Assembly: GCA_016839585.1 (NCBI GenBank)
Contig: JAEOTZ010000072.1
Coordinates: 64,001-128,000 of the forward strand
Direction: 5' to 3'
From: Promethearchaeota archaeon
GTDB taxonomy: Archaea > Asgardarchaeota > Lokiarchaeia > Sigyniarchaeales > SOKP01
DNA: 64,000 nt
Part shown: positions 21,381-30,096 of the stretch, one piece after another
How positions within the stretch are numbered: the first letter of the stretch is position 1
Layout: the number at the start of each line of letters is the position of its first letter
Translations under genes and position numbers: made by a program
The notes under the pieces: model-generated
The model's input: the letters and a program-made list of their open reading frames with translations, nothing else
Told to the model about the DNA's origin: nothing
Database searches by the model: none

Positions 21381-22139
21381 TTATCCTTCATTTCTTTTAG
21401 TTAATATATCTTCCTTTACTATTTTCCCATCATCAAATAGTAGAATTCTATCTGCTAAAGCTAGCAAATAATCATCATGAGTAGCAATAATAATTGTGAC
21501 ATCATCATTCTTTAAATCATTAAAAAGATCTCTAATAAACTGACTTGTTTTTTTATCTAAATTAGCAGTTGGCTCATCGGCAAGTATAAGGGGAGGATTA
21601 TTTGATAGAGCTCTAGCAATTGCAACTCTCTGCTGTTCTCCAGCTGATAATTGAAATGGCAGGTGTTCTCTGCGTTCACCTAATCCCATTTTTCTTAATA
21701 AATTAACTGCACGTTCTCTTTGCTCTTTAAATTTCATACCTGCAAGATTCATTGGAAACATAACGTTTTCCTCAGCAGTAAGAGTACTTATAAGATTATA
21801 ATTTTGAAAAATGAATCCTGAATTTATTAACCTAAACGTTGCTAGCGATTCTTCTTTCATATCAGAAATTTTGATGCCCAGATTGTAAATTATTCCTTTG
21901 TTGGGGGTATCTAATCCACCTAATAAATTTAATAGAGTTGTTTTTCCTGCTCCAGAAGGTCCTTTAATACAAAGAAATTTACCATTCCTAATTTTTAAAG
22001 ACACATTATCAACTGCTCTAACAATAAATTCACCTATTTCATAATCTTTAACTAAATTCATAGCAATAATGTGATAATTCTTTATCTCATCTAACTCTAA
22101 AGCACCATCTTCTTCTTCAAATTCTTCTTTTACTGTCAA
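21381..22139 (-). CDS. ABC transporter ATP-binding protein (LolD/MacB type)
   Basis: GPSGAGKTT, LSAGEQQR, LADEPTANLD, ATHD. Confidence 0.95.
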   Translation of the reverse strand: MTVKEEFEEEDGALELDEIKNYHIIAMNLVKDYEIGEFIVRAVDNVSLKIRNGKFLCIKGPSGAGKTTLLNLLGGLDTPNKGIIYNLGIKISDMKEESLATFRLINSGFIFQNYNLISTLTAEENVMFPMNLAGMKFKEQRERAVNLLRKMGLGERREHLPFQLSAGEQQRVAIARALSNNPPLILADEPTANLDKKTSQFIRDLFNDLKNDDVTIIIATHDDYLLALADRILLFDDGKIVKEDILTKRNEG

Positions 22140-22351
22140 GATTTCAAAATTATTAGAGTTTAATTTAAATTAAAAAGGTTTTTCAAAGAAGATAACAATT
22201 CTTCAAAAATTCTATTTAAAAAATTAATAACAAATTTTTATAATTTATGTTTAAAATTAAATTAAGTTTAAATATTAAAATTTCATATTTATCTTTTAGA
22301 GGGAAGACTGAGAAAATAAAATATTTATAATATCCCCTAATTTCCTAATTA

Positions 22352-22460
22352 AACACCTGCGCAATTCGCGCCAAGGATCAAATGGTACTAAATTTTATCC
22401 CAAAGTTTTAAGCTACATGCTTAAGATTTTGATTTTCTCTTCTTCCTTCTTCTCTTTTTT
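22352..22460 (+). ncRNA. Candidate structured small RNA or leader with three hairpins
   Basis: TATA-like TTTATAA at about 22324-22330; GCGC/GCGC stem; GGAT..ATCC stem; 13-bp stem 22401-22431 with two G-U pairs; pyrimidine/T tract 22433-22461. Confidence 0.35.
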
Positions 22461-22574
22461 TAGTTTTATATAAAACGTTTTTTTAGTAAAAATAAGATTT
22501 AAAGGAGAAATTTAATTTAACATTTATAATAATTAGGGAATAAATTATATATATATAAGAAATAGTAGATTTTT

Positions 22575-23207
22575 ATGGATTTTGAAAAATTAACGGAACT
22601 TATAATTGAATTAGAAGTGGATGATATTGCTGATGCAGTAAAGGAAGCATTGGATGAGGAAAAAGATCCTTTTGATGTTTTGAATGCATTAACTAAGGGA
22701 ATGGATGAAGTTGGGCGTCGATATGAAGAAAAAGATTATTATTTAACCGAATTGGTACTAGCGGGAGAAACTATGAAGGAGGCTTTTACTATTTTAAAAC
22801 CAGCTTTAGCTGCTGTCGATAAATCACAAGAGAAAGTTAAAATAATCATTGGTACCGTAAAGGGGGATAATCATGATATTGGTAAAAATATATTAGGATC
22901 ATTGCTCTTGAGCTCTGGTTTTGAAATTTATGACCTTGGAATGGATGTTGATGAAAAAGCAATTGTTGAGAAGGTTAAAGAAACAGGAGCAACTATTATT
23001 GGATTAAGCTCCCTTCTTACGATGACTGTTGAACACATTAAAACTGTCCATGAAGCTTTGGTTGATGCTGGGCTCCGTGATAAAGTTAAATTAATTGTTG
23101 GGGGCGCTCCTTTAAATATGGAACTTGCTAAAAGACTTGGAGCTGATGATTTTGCAGATGATGCCGTGGAAGGTATAAAACATATCAAGAAGTTAGCAGG
23201 GATGTAA
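22575..23207 (+). CDS. Corrinoid (B12-binding) methyltransferase cognate protein, MtbC/MttC-like
   Basis: B12-binding_2 cap domain plus DNHDIG..I, SSLLT and VGGAP motifs. Confidence 0.92.
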   Translation: MDFEKLTELIIELEVDDIADAVKEALDEEKDPFDVLNALTKGMDEVGRRYEEKDYYLTELVLAGETMKEAFTILKPALAAVDKSQEKVKIIIGTVKGDNHDIGKNILGSLLLSSGFEIYDLGMDVDEKAIVEKVKETGATIIGLSSLLTMTVEHIKTVHEALVDAGLRDKVKLIVGGAPLNMELAKRLGADDFADDAVEGIKHIKKLAGM

Positions 23208-23477
23208 AAGTAATTTAGCTATTTTCTTATTTTTCTCTTTCCTCCTTAATATTACAATTTTTTCAATCTGGATTTATAAATTATAAAGAACTTTTTTTAA
23301 GTATTTTATATCTTTTCTACGATTAGTGTTTATTTTAATTAAAATATAATGAGAACATTTAAACTCTTTTTAAATTGTTTATATCTTAAGATTTAATCTA
23401 AATAAATTATCCCTTCCAATATATGATTTTTAAAAAATATTTTAGAATAGAATAAAAATTTAAAGGAGGTTTAAAAA

Positions 23478-23732
23478 TTGAGTGAGAAAGATAATAACGA
23501 TGTTGAATATGATGAAGAATTAGATACACGAGGTTTATTTTGTCCAGAACCTCTTTTCGAGGTTAGGAATTTAAGTGAAACCCTTGAAGTAGGGCAATGT
23601 TTTAAAGTGATTGCTGATGATCCTGCTGCTGAGGAGGATCTTACGCGGTGGGCTAAGAGGACAGAGACACAATTAGTAGAGTTTAGAAAGGATGGGGACG
23701 ATTTAATATTTTATTTTAAAAAAGTAAAATAA
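23478..23732 (+). CDS. tusA: Sulfurtransferase TusA family protein
   Basis: LDTRGLFCPEP...ADDPAAEED; SD GGAGG upstream. Confidence 0.9.
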   Translation: MSEKDNNDVEYDEELDTRGLFCPEPLFEVRNLSETLEVGQCFKVIADDPAAEEDLTRWAKRTETQLVEFRKDGDDLIFYFKKVK

Positions 23733-23737
23733 AAGAG

Positions 23738-24109
23738 ATGAGAAAAAAAATGGAAGAAAAACATATTCTTTATGTTCAAACAAGTCATGATCCAGAAAGA
23801 CAATATAGTCCTCTTGTTTTAGCTCAAACTGCTAAGGCAATGGATATTAAAGCTACTGTTTATTACTTAGGTACTGCTTTAAGAATATTAAAACCTGGAG
23901 AGGCTGAAAAGATAAAACTTGGTGATTTTCCCAGTGTTAAAGAAATGATTGATAAAACATTAAATATGGGTATTGAAATATTAGTATGCGAAGCTTCAAA
24001 GCGAATGTTAGGTTGGGAAAAAGCGGAGCTCATTCCAGGCATTAAAATTGTAGGTGCTGCAACTTTAAATGATTTAGTCTTAGATGCTGATGCAACACAG
24101 TGGTTTTAA
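23738..24109 (+). CDS. DsrE/DsrF-like sulfur relay protein (start possibly ATG 23750)
   Basis: LAQTAKAMD...YYLG...GIEILVCEAS...VGAATL. Confidence 0.85.
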   Translation: MRKKMEEKHILYVQTSHDPERQYSPLVLAQTAKAMDIKATVYYLGTALRILKPGEAEKIKLGDFPSVKEMIDKTLNMGIEILVCEASKRMLGWEKAELIPGIKIVGAATLNDLVLDADATQWF

Positions 24110-24175
24110 TATTTATTTAATTGAGATAATTATATAAATTATTAATTAAAGAATTTTATAATTGAGGAGGTAAAA

Positions 24176-25369
24176 ATGAGTATATATCTGGATTATCAAG
24201 CAGCAAAACCAGTTGATGTAAGAGTAGTTTCAGAGATGACTATATACTTTAATAACAAGTTTGCTAATCCATCTTCTTTACATTGCGATGGGGATGAAGC
24301 AACTGATGCATTAATTGAATCTCGCCAAAAAATTGCTGATTTTATTAATGCTCCAAACACATCAGATATAATTTTTACATCAAGTGCTACTGAATCAAAC
24401 AATCTAGCACTTATAGGTTCAGCAATGAGAAATAAAAAGAAAGGCAACCATATAATTATATCCGAGATTGAACATATATCCATATTAAATATCGCTAAAT
24501 ATTTGGAACGTGAAGGTTTCAAGGTTAGTAGAGTTCCCGTAGATCAATTTGGAATTATTAAACTTGAGAAGTTGGAGAAATTAATAAATGATCAGACAAT
24601 TTTAATTTCAATCTCTACTGCGAGTAATGAGGTTGGATCTCTTCAACCAATAAAAGAGATTAGTGAAATTGCGGCAAAAAAGAATGTTTTATTTCATACT
24701 GATGCTGTAGCTAGTGAAGGTGTTATTCCGATCGATGTACAAAAAGTACCGATAGATATGATGACCTTATCTTCGAATGATATTTATGGACCTAGGGGTG
24801 TCGGAGCACTTTACTTAAAAAAGGGAGTACGTATAAATCCAATAATAATAGGTGGCGGTCAAGAACGAGGATTGAGATCTGGTTCAGAAAATGTCCCTGG
24901 TATCGTAGGTTTTGCTAAAGCAGCTGAAATTATGAGAGAAGAAATTAAAACAGAAGTAATAAGGCTAAAAAGTATGAGAGACAAACTGATTCAAGAAGTA
25001 TTAAGTAGAGTTCCAAATTCGTATTTAAATGGACATCCTGAAAAACGACTTCCTAATAATGCACATTTTAGATTTGATTATATTGAAGGAGAATCATTAA
25101 TATTATCTTTAAAAGATCAAAAAGTAGCTGCTGCCACGGGTTCTGCATGTTCATCAAAGACCTTAGAACCATCTCATACATTAATTTCAATGGGTTTATT
25201 ACATGAAGAGGCTCATGGCAGTTTATTATTCACATTAGGCAGGTTTACAAAAGAAGCTGATCTTGATAAAGCAATAGAAGTTTTACCTGGAATTGTTAAA
25301 CGTTTACGATTATTATCCCCTTTAACGCCTCCTGAATTAATAAAAAAGTATAATGAGGTGAATGATTAG
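24176..25369 (+). CDS. iscS: IscS/NifS-family protein with Asp in place of the PLP Schiff-base Lys
   Basis: ANPSS.H, FTSSATESNN, HTDAVA, SSNDIYGPRG (canonical S.HK.YGPKG), RSGSEN, GSACSS. Confidence 0.92.
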   Translation: MSIYLDYQAAKPVDVRVVSEMTIYFNNKFANPSSLHCDGDEATDALIESRQKIADFINAPNTSDIIFTSSATESNNLALIGSAMRNKKKGNHIIISEIEHISILNIAKYLEREGFKVSRVPVDQFGIIKLEKLEKLINDQTILISISTASNEVGSLQPIKEISEIAAKKNVLFHTDAVASEGVIPIDVQKVPIDMMTLSSNDIYGPRGVGALYLKKGVRINPIIIGGGQERGLRSGSENVPGIVGFAKAAEIMREEIKTEVIRLKSMRDKLIQEVLSRVPNSYLNGHPEKRLPNNAHFRFDYIEGESLILSLKDQKVAAATGSACSSKTLEPSHTLISMGLLHEEAHGSLLFTLGRFTKEADLDKAIEVLPGIVKRLRLLSPLTPPELIKKYNEVND

Positions 25370-26168
25370 AATGAAATCTACACAATATACTGAAAAAGTG
25401 TTAGACCATTTTAGAAATCCAAGAAATGTTGGAGTAATAGAAAAACCAGATGGGTATGGTAAAGTTGGAAATCCTGTTTGTGGAGATTTAATGGAAATCT
25501 TCATTAAAGTGGGTAAAAATGATTCTGGAGAAGAAGTAATTGATGATGTTAAATTTAGAACTTTTGGATGCGGGTCTGCAGTGGCTACATCCTCAATGGT
25601 AACTACAATGGCTAAAGGGATGAAAGTTGATGATGCTTATAAAATAACTCGAAATGATGTTGCTGATGAGTTAGAAGGATTACCCCCAATAAAGATGCAT
25701 TGTTCAAACTTAGCGGCTGATGCCTTAAAAGCGGCTATAGATAATTATAGAACCAAATCAGACCCTTATGTCGAAATTGAGGCTAGAGCTTGCTCAGTAC
25801 CGGATATTAAAATAATTCTTGGTGAGGATGAGTTTCTTGGAAAAGGAGTTTATAAGAAAGTTGATGATTTGTCTGAATTTAATGGAAAAAGAGTTTTAGT
25901 GGTAGATACTGGAGATAAATCCTTAGAGCTTGCGATGAAATTAACTAAACATACTGGGAGAGTTGTAGTATTAACTTCTGCTAAAACTACACCTGGTTCA
26001 GAAGAATTAAAGAAAAAATTGAAACTATCAGATGTTAAAATCTTACACGAATCAGAGTTATTAGAAATTCAAGGTACTGATGATGTTGAAAAAGTAATAA
26101 TTCAAGATTTTGATGAAGATGAAAAATATGAATTATTCGTTGATACAGTCATCATACTTGAAGTTTAA
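25362..26168 (+). CDS. iscU: IscU/NifU scaffold fused to a degenerate thioredoxin-reductase NAD(P)H-domain (start probably ATG 25371)
   Basis: YTEKVLDHFRNPRNVG, GNPVCGD, FGCGSA, KMHCSNL; C-terminal GEDEFLGKGV...KRVLVV. Confidence 0.9.
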   Translation: MIRMKSTQYTEKVLDHFRNPRNVGVIEKPDGYGKVGNPVCGDLMEIFIKVGKNDSGEEVIDDVKFRTFGCGSAVATSSMVTTMAKGMKVDDAYKITRNDVADELEGLPPIKMHCSNLAADALKAAIDNYRTKSDPYVEIEARACSVPDIKIILGEDEFLGKGVYKKVDDLSEFNGKRVLVVDTGDKSLELAMKLTKHTGRVVVLTSAKTTPGSEELKKKLKLSDVKILHESELLEIQGTDDVEKVIIQDFDEDEKYELFVDTVIILEV

Positions 26169-26377
26169 GCAATTAAAAATTTTTTTTATTACTATTTCTA
26201 ATGAATTTTCAAATTATAAATAAAAAGCTCTTATAACTATAAAAGTCATGGATGTCAGCTCATATAATCTTTAAGTTATAATAGCGAGTTTTAAATTTAA
26301 ATGCAATTTATTTATTCTCAAAAGTAGTGTAAAAATCATACATAACTAAAATTAAAACAGATCGAGAGAGTGTTAAA

Positions 26378-28771
26378 ATGGATCGAGAGAGAATTGTAAT
26401 TGTTGGTGGAGTTGCTGGAGGAGCCTCTGCGGCAGCAAGGTTAAGGAGATTACGAGAGGATTTAGAAATTGTCATGTTAGATAAAGGTCCGTATGTTAGT
26501 TTTGCCAACTGCGGGCTTCCATATTATGTGGGAAATGTAATAAAGGATCGCGAGTCTTTAGAACTAGTCTCACCAGAGATGTTCCTAGAAAGGTTCAATA
26601 TTGATGTTAGAGTTAATAATGAAGTAATTTCAATAGATAAAGAGAAAAAGCAAGTCAAAGTCAGAGATTTAAAAAAATTGTACGAATACTTCTTAGATTA
26701 TGATAACTTGATTTTAGCAACTGGCTCAAATCCTATTGTACCTTCTTTTAATGGTCTTGAGGATGTACCATATTTTACAGTATGGTCTATACCCGATGCT
26801 GTAAAAATTAGAGATTATGTTGAAAAACATAATATAAAGAATGCTGTTATCGTTGGTGGTGGCTTTATTGGATTAGAAATGGCAGAAAACTTAGTTGAGA
26901 AGAGAGTGAAAGTAAAAATAGTGGAAATGCTAGATCAGGTAATGCCACCAATAGATAAGGAAATAGCGCAATTTATTCATCAAGAATTAATATTAAATGG
27001 AGTTTGTCTCGTTTTAGAAGATCCCGTAGATTCCTTTGGAAGAACTGAAGCTGGCCAACCTTTTGTTAAAACCAAAAGTGGTCGTGTTATAGAAACAGAT
27101 CTGATAATTTTATCAATAGGTATTAGACCAGAAAGTAAGTTGGCTAAAGAAGCAGATTTAGAATTAACAGAAAGAGGTTATATAAAGGTTAATCGTAGAA
27201 TGTTAGCATCTGATCCCAGTATTTATGCTGTTGGAGATACTATTCAAGTTCAGCATTATCAAACAAATCAACCAATATCTATAGCCTTAGCAGGTCCAGC
27301 AAATAAACAAGGGAGAATTGCGGCAGAAAATGTTGCCGGAAGAAATTTAGAATATAAAGGAATTTTGGGAGCATCTGTAGTTAAAATTTTTGATGTCACT
27401 GTTGCTTCTGCAGGTTTAACAGAAAAACAACTAAAAAATACCACTATTAAATATGAAAAAATATATGTACATCCAAACAATCATGCTGGTTACTATCCAG
27501 GAGCTATACCAATAACGATTAAATTAATTTTCGAAGTACCTAGTGGTAAAGTTCTTGGAGCTCAGGCTGTTGGAGGTCAAGGTACAGAAAAAAGAATTGA
27601 TGTCATCTCTACTGTAATTAAGTTTGGTGGGACAGTTTTTGACTTGGAAGAATTAGAGTTAACTTATGCTCCTCCGTATGGTTCTGCAAAAGATCCAGTA
27701 AATATGGCAGGATTTGTTGCGGCAAATTATCTTAGAGAAGATATGCCTATTTGGCATTGGCATGATATTAATGAAGTTAAAACTAATGGAGGTATATTAT
27801 TAGATGTTAGAACCAAAGAAGAATATGCAGCTAGAACCATCGAGGACTCAATGAACGTACCAATTGAAGAATTAAGAAAACGATTAAGTGAAATACCTAA
27901 TAATGGGCCAATCTACGTCTATTGCGAAGTAGGATATAGAAGTTATTTAGCTACTAGGATTCTTTTACAAAGTGGATTTAAAGAAGTCTATGAATTAACC
28001 GGAGGATTTAAAATTTTTGAAATGGCAAATGCTACCACAGAAGAAATAATGGCTGCATGTGGAGGATCCGAAAACGTTATCGAGGAATTTGTACATGAAA
28101 AAGCTATTGAAACAGATAATTATGTAGAAGTTGATGCTTGTGGATTATCCTGTCCAGGACCTCTCAATGTGTTAATCAAATCACTTGATACATTACCTGA
28201 AAATAAAAAATTAAAAATCTATGCTACTGACCCAGGATTTAAATCTAGTGTTGAAGCCTATTCTAAATTAAATGAAGCTGTAAAATTATTACATCTTGGA
28301 AAAGAAGAAGGGAAGTTAGTAGCTACTTTAGAAAAAGTCCAGCCCACTATAGAAGTTATACCTACTGTTAGAAAGAAAACTAGAAAGGAATTAAGACCTC
28401 CTGATGCACCTCCGATTTCAGATATTAATGTTGATGAATTATATGAACGAATTGATACTGAAGATGAGCCAGTACTCTTAATTGATGTCAGAACCTCACA
28501 GGAATTTTATGGTTCAGGGGGTCATATAAAGAATTCCAAGTTAATTCCCTTAGGAGAATTATTAAATAATACAGATGTCATAAAAGATTATAAGAATGAA
28601 GAAATAGTTGTGATTTGTCATTCCGGGTCTCGCTCTATGATGGCAGCTCAATTGTTAGCACAGGCAGGATTCAAGGACGTTAGAAACCTCTTAGGGGGAA
28701 TAATGATATGGCACCGAAAAGGTTATCCCGTAAAGTTAGAAGAAGAAAGAATGGCAGGAACATTTTATTGA
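26378..28771 (+). CDS. CoA-disulfide/persulfide reductase fusion: CoADR-rhodanese-TusA-rhodanese
   Basis: GGVAGGAS, SFANCGLPY, GGGFIGLE, YAPPY; rhodanese YCEVGYRS; TusA DACGLSCPGP; rhodanese ICHSGSRS. Confidence 0.92.
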   Translation: MDRERIVIVGGVAGGASAAARLRRLREDLEIVMLDKGPYVSFANCGLPYYVGNVIKDRESLELVSPEMFLERFNIDVRVNNEVISIDKEKKQVKVRDLKKLYEYFLDYDNLILATGSNPIVPSFNGLEDVPYFTVWSIPDAVKIRDYVEKHNIKNAVIVGGGFIGLEMAENLVEKRVKVKIVEMLDQVMPPIDKEIAQFIHQELILNGVCLVLEDPVDSFGRTEAGQPFVKTKSGRVIETDLIILSIGIRPESKLAKEADLELTERGYIKVNRRMLASDPSIYAVGDTIQVQHYQTNQPISIALAGPANKQGRIAAENVAGRNLEYKGILGASVVKIFDVTVASAGLTEKQLKNTTIKYEKIYVHPNNHAGYYPGAIPITIKLIFEVPSGKVLGAQAVGGQGTEKRIDVISTVIKFGGTVFDLEELELTYAPPYGSAKDPVNMAGFVAANYLREDMPIWHWHDINEVKTNGGILLDVRTKEEYAARTIEDSMNVPIEELRKRLSEIPNNGPIYVYCEVGYRSYLATRILLQSGFKEVYELTGGFKIFEMANATTEEIMAACGGSENVIEEFVHEKAIETDNYVEVDACGLSCPGPLNVLIKSLDTLPENKKLKIYATDPGFKSSVEAYSKLNEAVKLLHLGKEEGKLVATLEKVQPTIEVIPTVRKKTRKELRPPDAPPISDINVDELYERIDTEDEPVLLIDVRTSQEFYGSGGHIKNSKLIPLGELLNNTDVIKDYKNEEIVVICHSGSRSMMAAQLLAQAGFKDVRNLLGGIMIWHRKGYPVKLEEERMAGTFY

Positions 28772-28893
28772 TCTAAACTTCTGGATTTTTTATTAAAAAT
28801 AAGTATAAAAGTTATAATTAGGGTAAAATATTTTAAATCAAAAATATTCATTTATTACGAAATTTCCAAATTACAATTAGGAGGTTAAAAATT

Positions 28894-29484
28894 ATGAAAG
28901 AAACTACTAAAAAATTATATACCGCATATGTTGGAGAATCACAAGCAAGAAATAGATATAATTATTTTTCTAAAATTGCGAAAAAAGAAGGATATGTATT
29001 AGTGTCTAAAATTTTTGACGAAACATCAGATCAAGAGAAGGAACATGGTAGCTGGTTTTATAAAATGCTGCAACAGTTCAAAAAGGAAGAACCCTTTGAT
29101 GAAATGAAAGTACTCCCTGATGCAGAATTTCCAACAACCCATGGAACTACAATCGAGAATTTAAAATCTGCAATTAATGGCGAAAATATGGAATGGCAAA
29201 CACTTTACCCTGATATAGTTAAGACTGCTGAAAAAGAGGGGTATCCTGACATTGCCAAAAGAGTAAGTGCAATTATAAAGGCAGAAAAACATCACTCTGA
29301 GAGATATGGTAAGCTTCTTAAGTTGGTTGGTGATGATGCCTTCTTTAAACGAGGAAAGAAGGTCGTGTGGGTCTGTATGGAATGCGGTTATGAGGTAGAA
29401 ATGGATGAATTACCAAAAGATTTCAAATGTCCATCTTGTGATCACCCTAGAGAATATTATAGAAAGAAATGTGAAGATTTTTAG
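28894..29484 (+). CDS. rbr: Rubrerythrin
   Basis: GESQARNRY, E.EH, E.HH, WVCMECGY...CPSCDHP. Confidence 0.95.
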   Translation: MKETTKKLYTAYVGESQARNRYNYFSKIAKKEGYVLVSKIFDETSDQEKEHGSWFYKMLQQFKKEEPFDEMKVLPDAEFPTTHGTTIENLKSAINGENMEWQTLYPDIVKTAEKEGYPDIAKRVSAIIKAEKHHSERYGKLLKLVGDDAFFKRGKKVVWVCMECGYEVEMDELPKDFKCPSCDHPREYYRKKCEDF

Positions 29485-29584
29485 AAAAAATTTAGTTATT
29501 TTTAATTTAAAATGAAAATCATTAAATAGAAAAATATATGTGATAAAGCACAAAATAGTTAAATCTCAAATTGGTTATTAAAAA

Positions 29585-29974
29585 ATGAAACGAAAAGATA
29601 TATATAAGTGTGAAATTTGTGGAAAAGTAATTGAGATCCTTAATCCAGCAGCACCCGAAACAATCTGTTGCGGTCAACCTATGACATTAATGGAGGAGCT
29701 TTCCAAAGATTGGAAACTAGAGAAGCATGTCCCAAAGATCACAATTGAAGGCAATAAAGTAACTGTTGATGTGGGTATTTCAATGGGAACTCCTCATCCA
29801 ATGACAATGGAACATTGGATTATGTGGGTTGAGATAATGTGCAAAGATGGTTGCTACGAAAGAAGATTTTTAAATCCTGGAGATGAGCCTAAAGCAACTT
29901 TTACTGTTGCAAATCCAGAGGGTCTCATAGCAAGGGAATATTGCAATATCCATGGATTATGGATATCTAAGTAA
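29585..29974 (+). CDS. dfx: Desulfoferrodoxin (2Fe superoxide reductase)
   Basis: YKCEICG...CCG, EKHVP, HPM..EH.I.W, YCNIHGLW. Confidence 0.95.
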   Translation: MKRKDIYKCEICGKVIEILNPAAPETICCGQPMTLMEELSKDWKLEKHVPKITIEGNKVTVDVGISMGTPHPMTMEHWIMWVEIMCKDGCYERRFLNPGDEPKATFTVANPEGLIAREYCNIHGLWISK

Positions 29975-30096
29975 GGATACTAACAAATTAACCTTTTCTT
30001 TTTTTTTATTATTTAAAAATTAAATATTTAAAGTTTAATTTTAATTATGACACTTATAATTATTTAATAGCAAGAGCTTATTTAGAAATATTATTT

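Noticed and set aside
22352-22431. SAM-II riboswitch (ATGTAGCT on the - strand plus GCGC stems)
   Set aside because: The elements are in the wrong order relative to the SAM-II consensus
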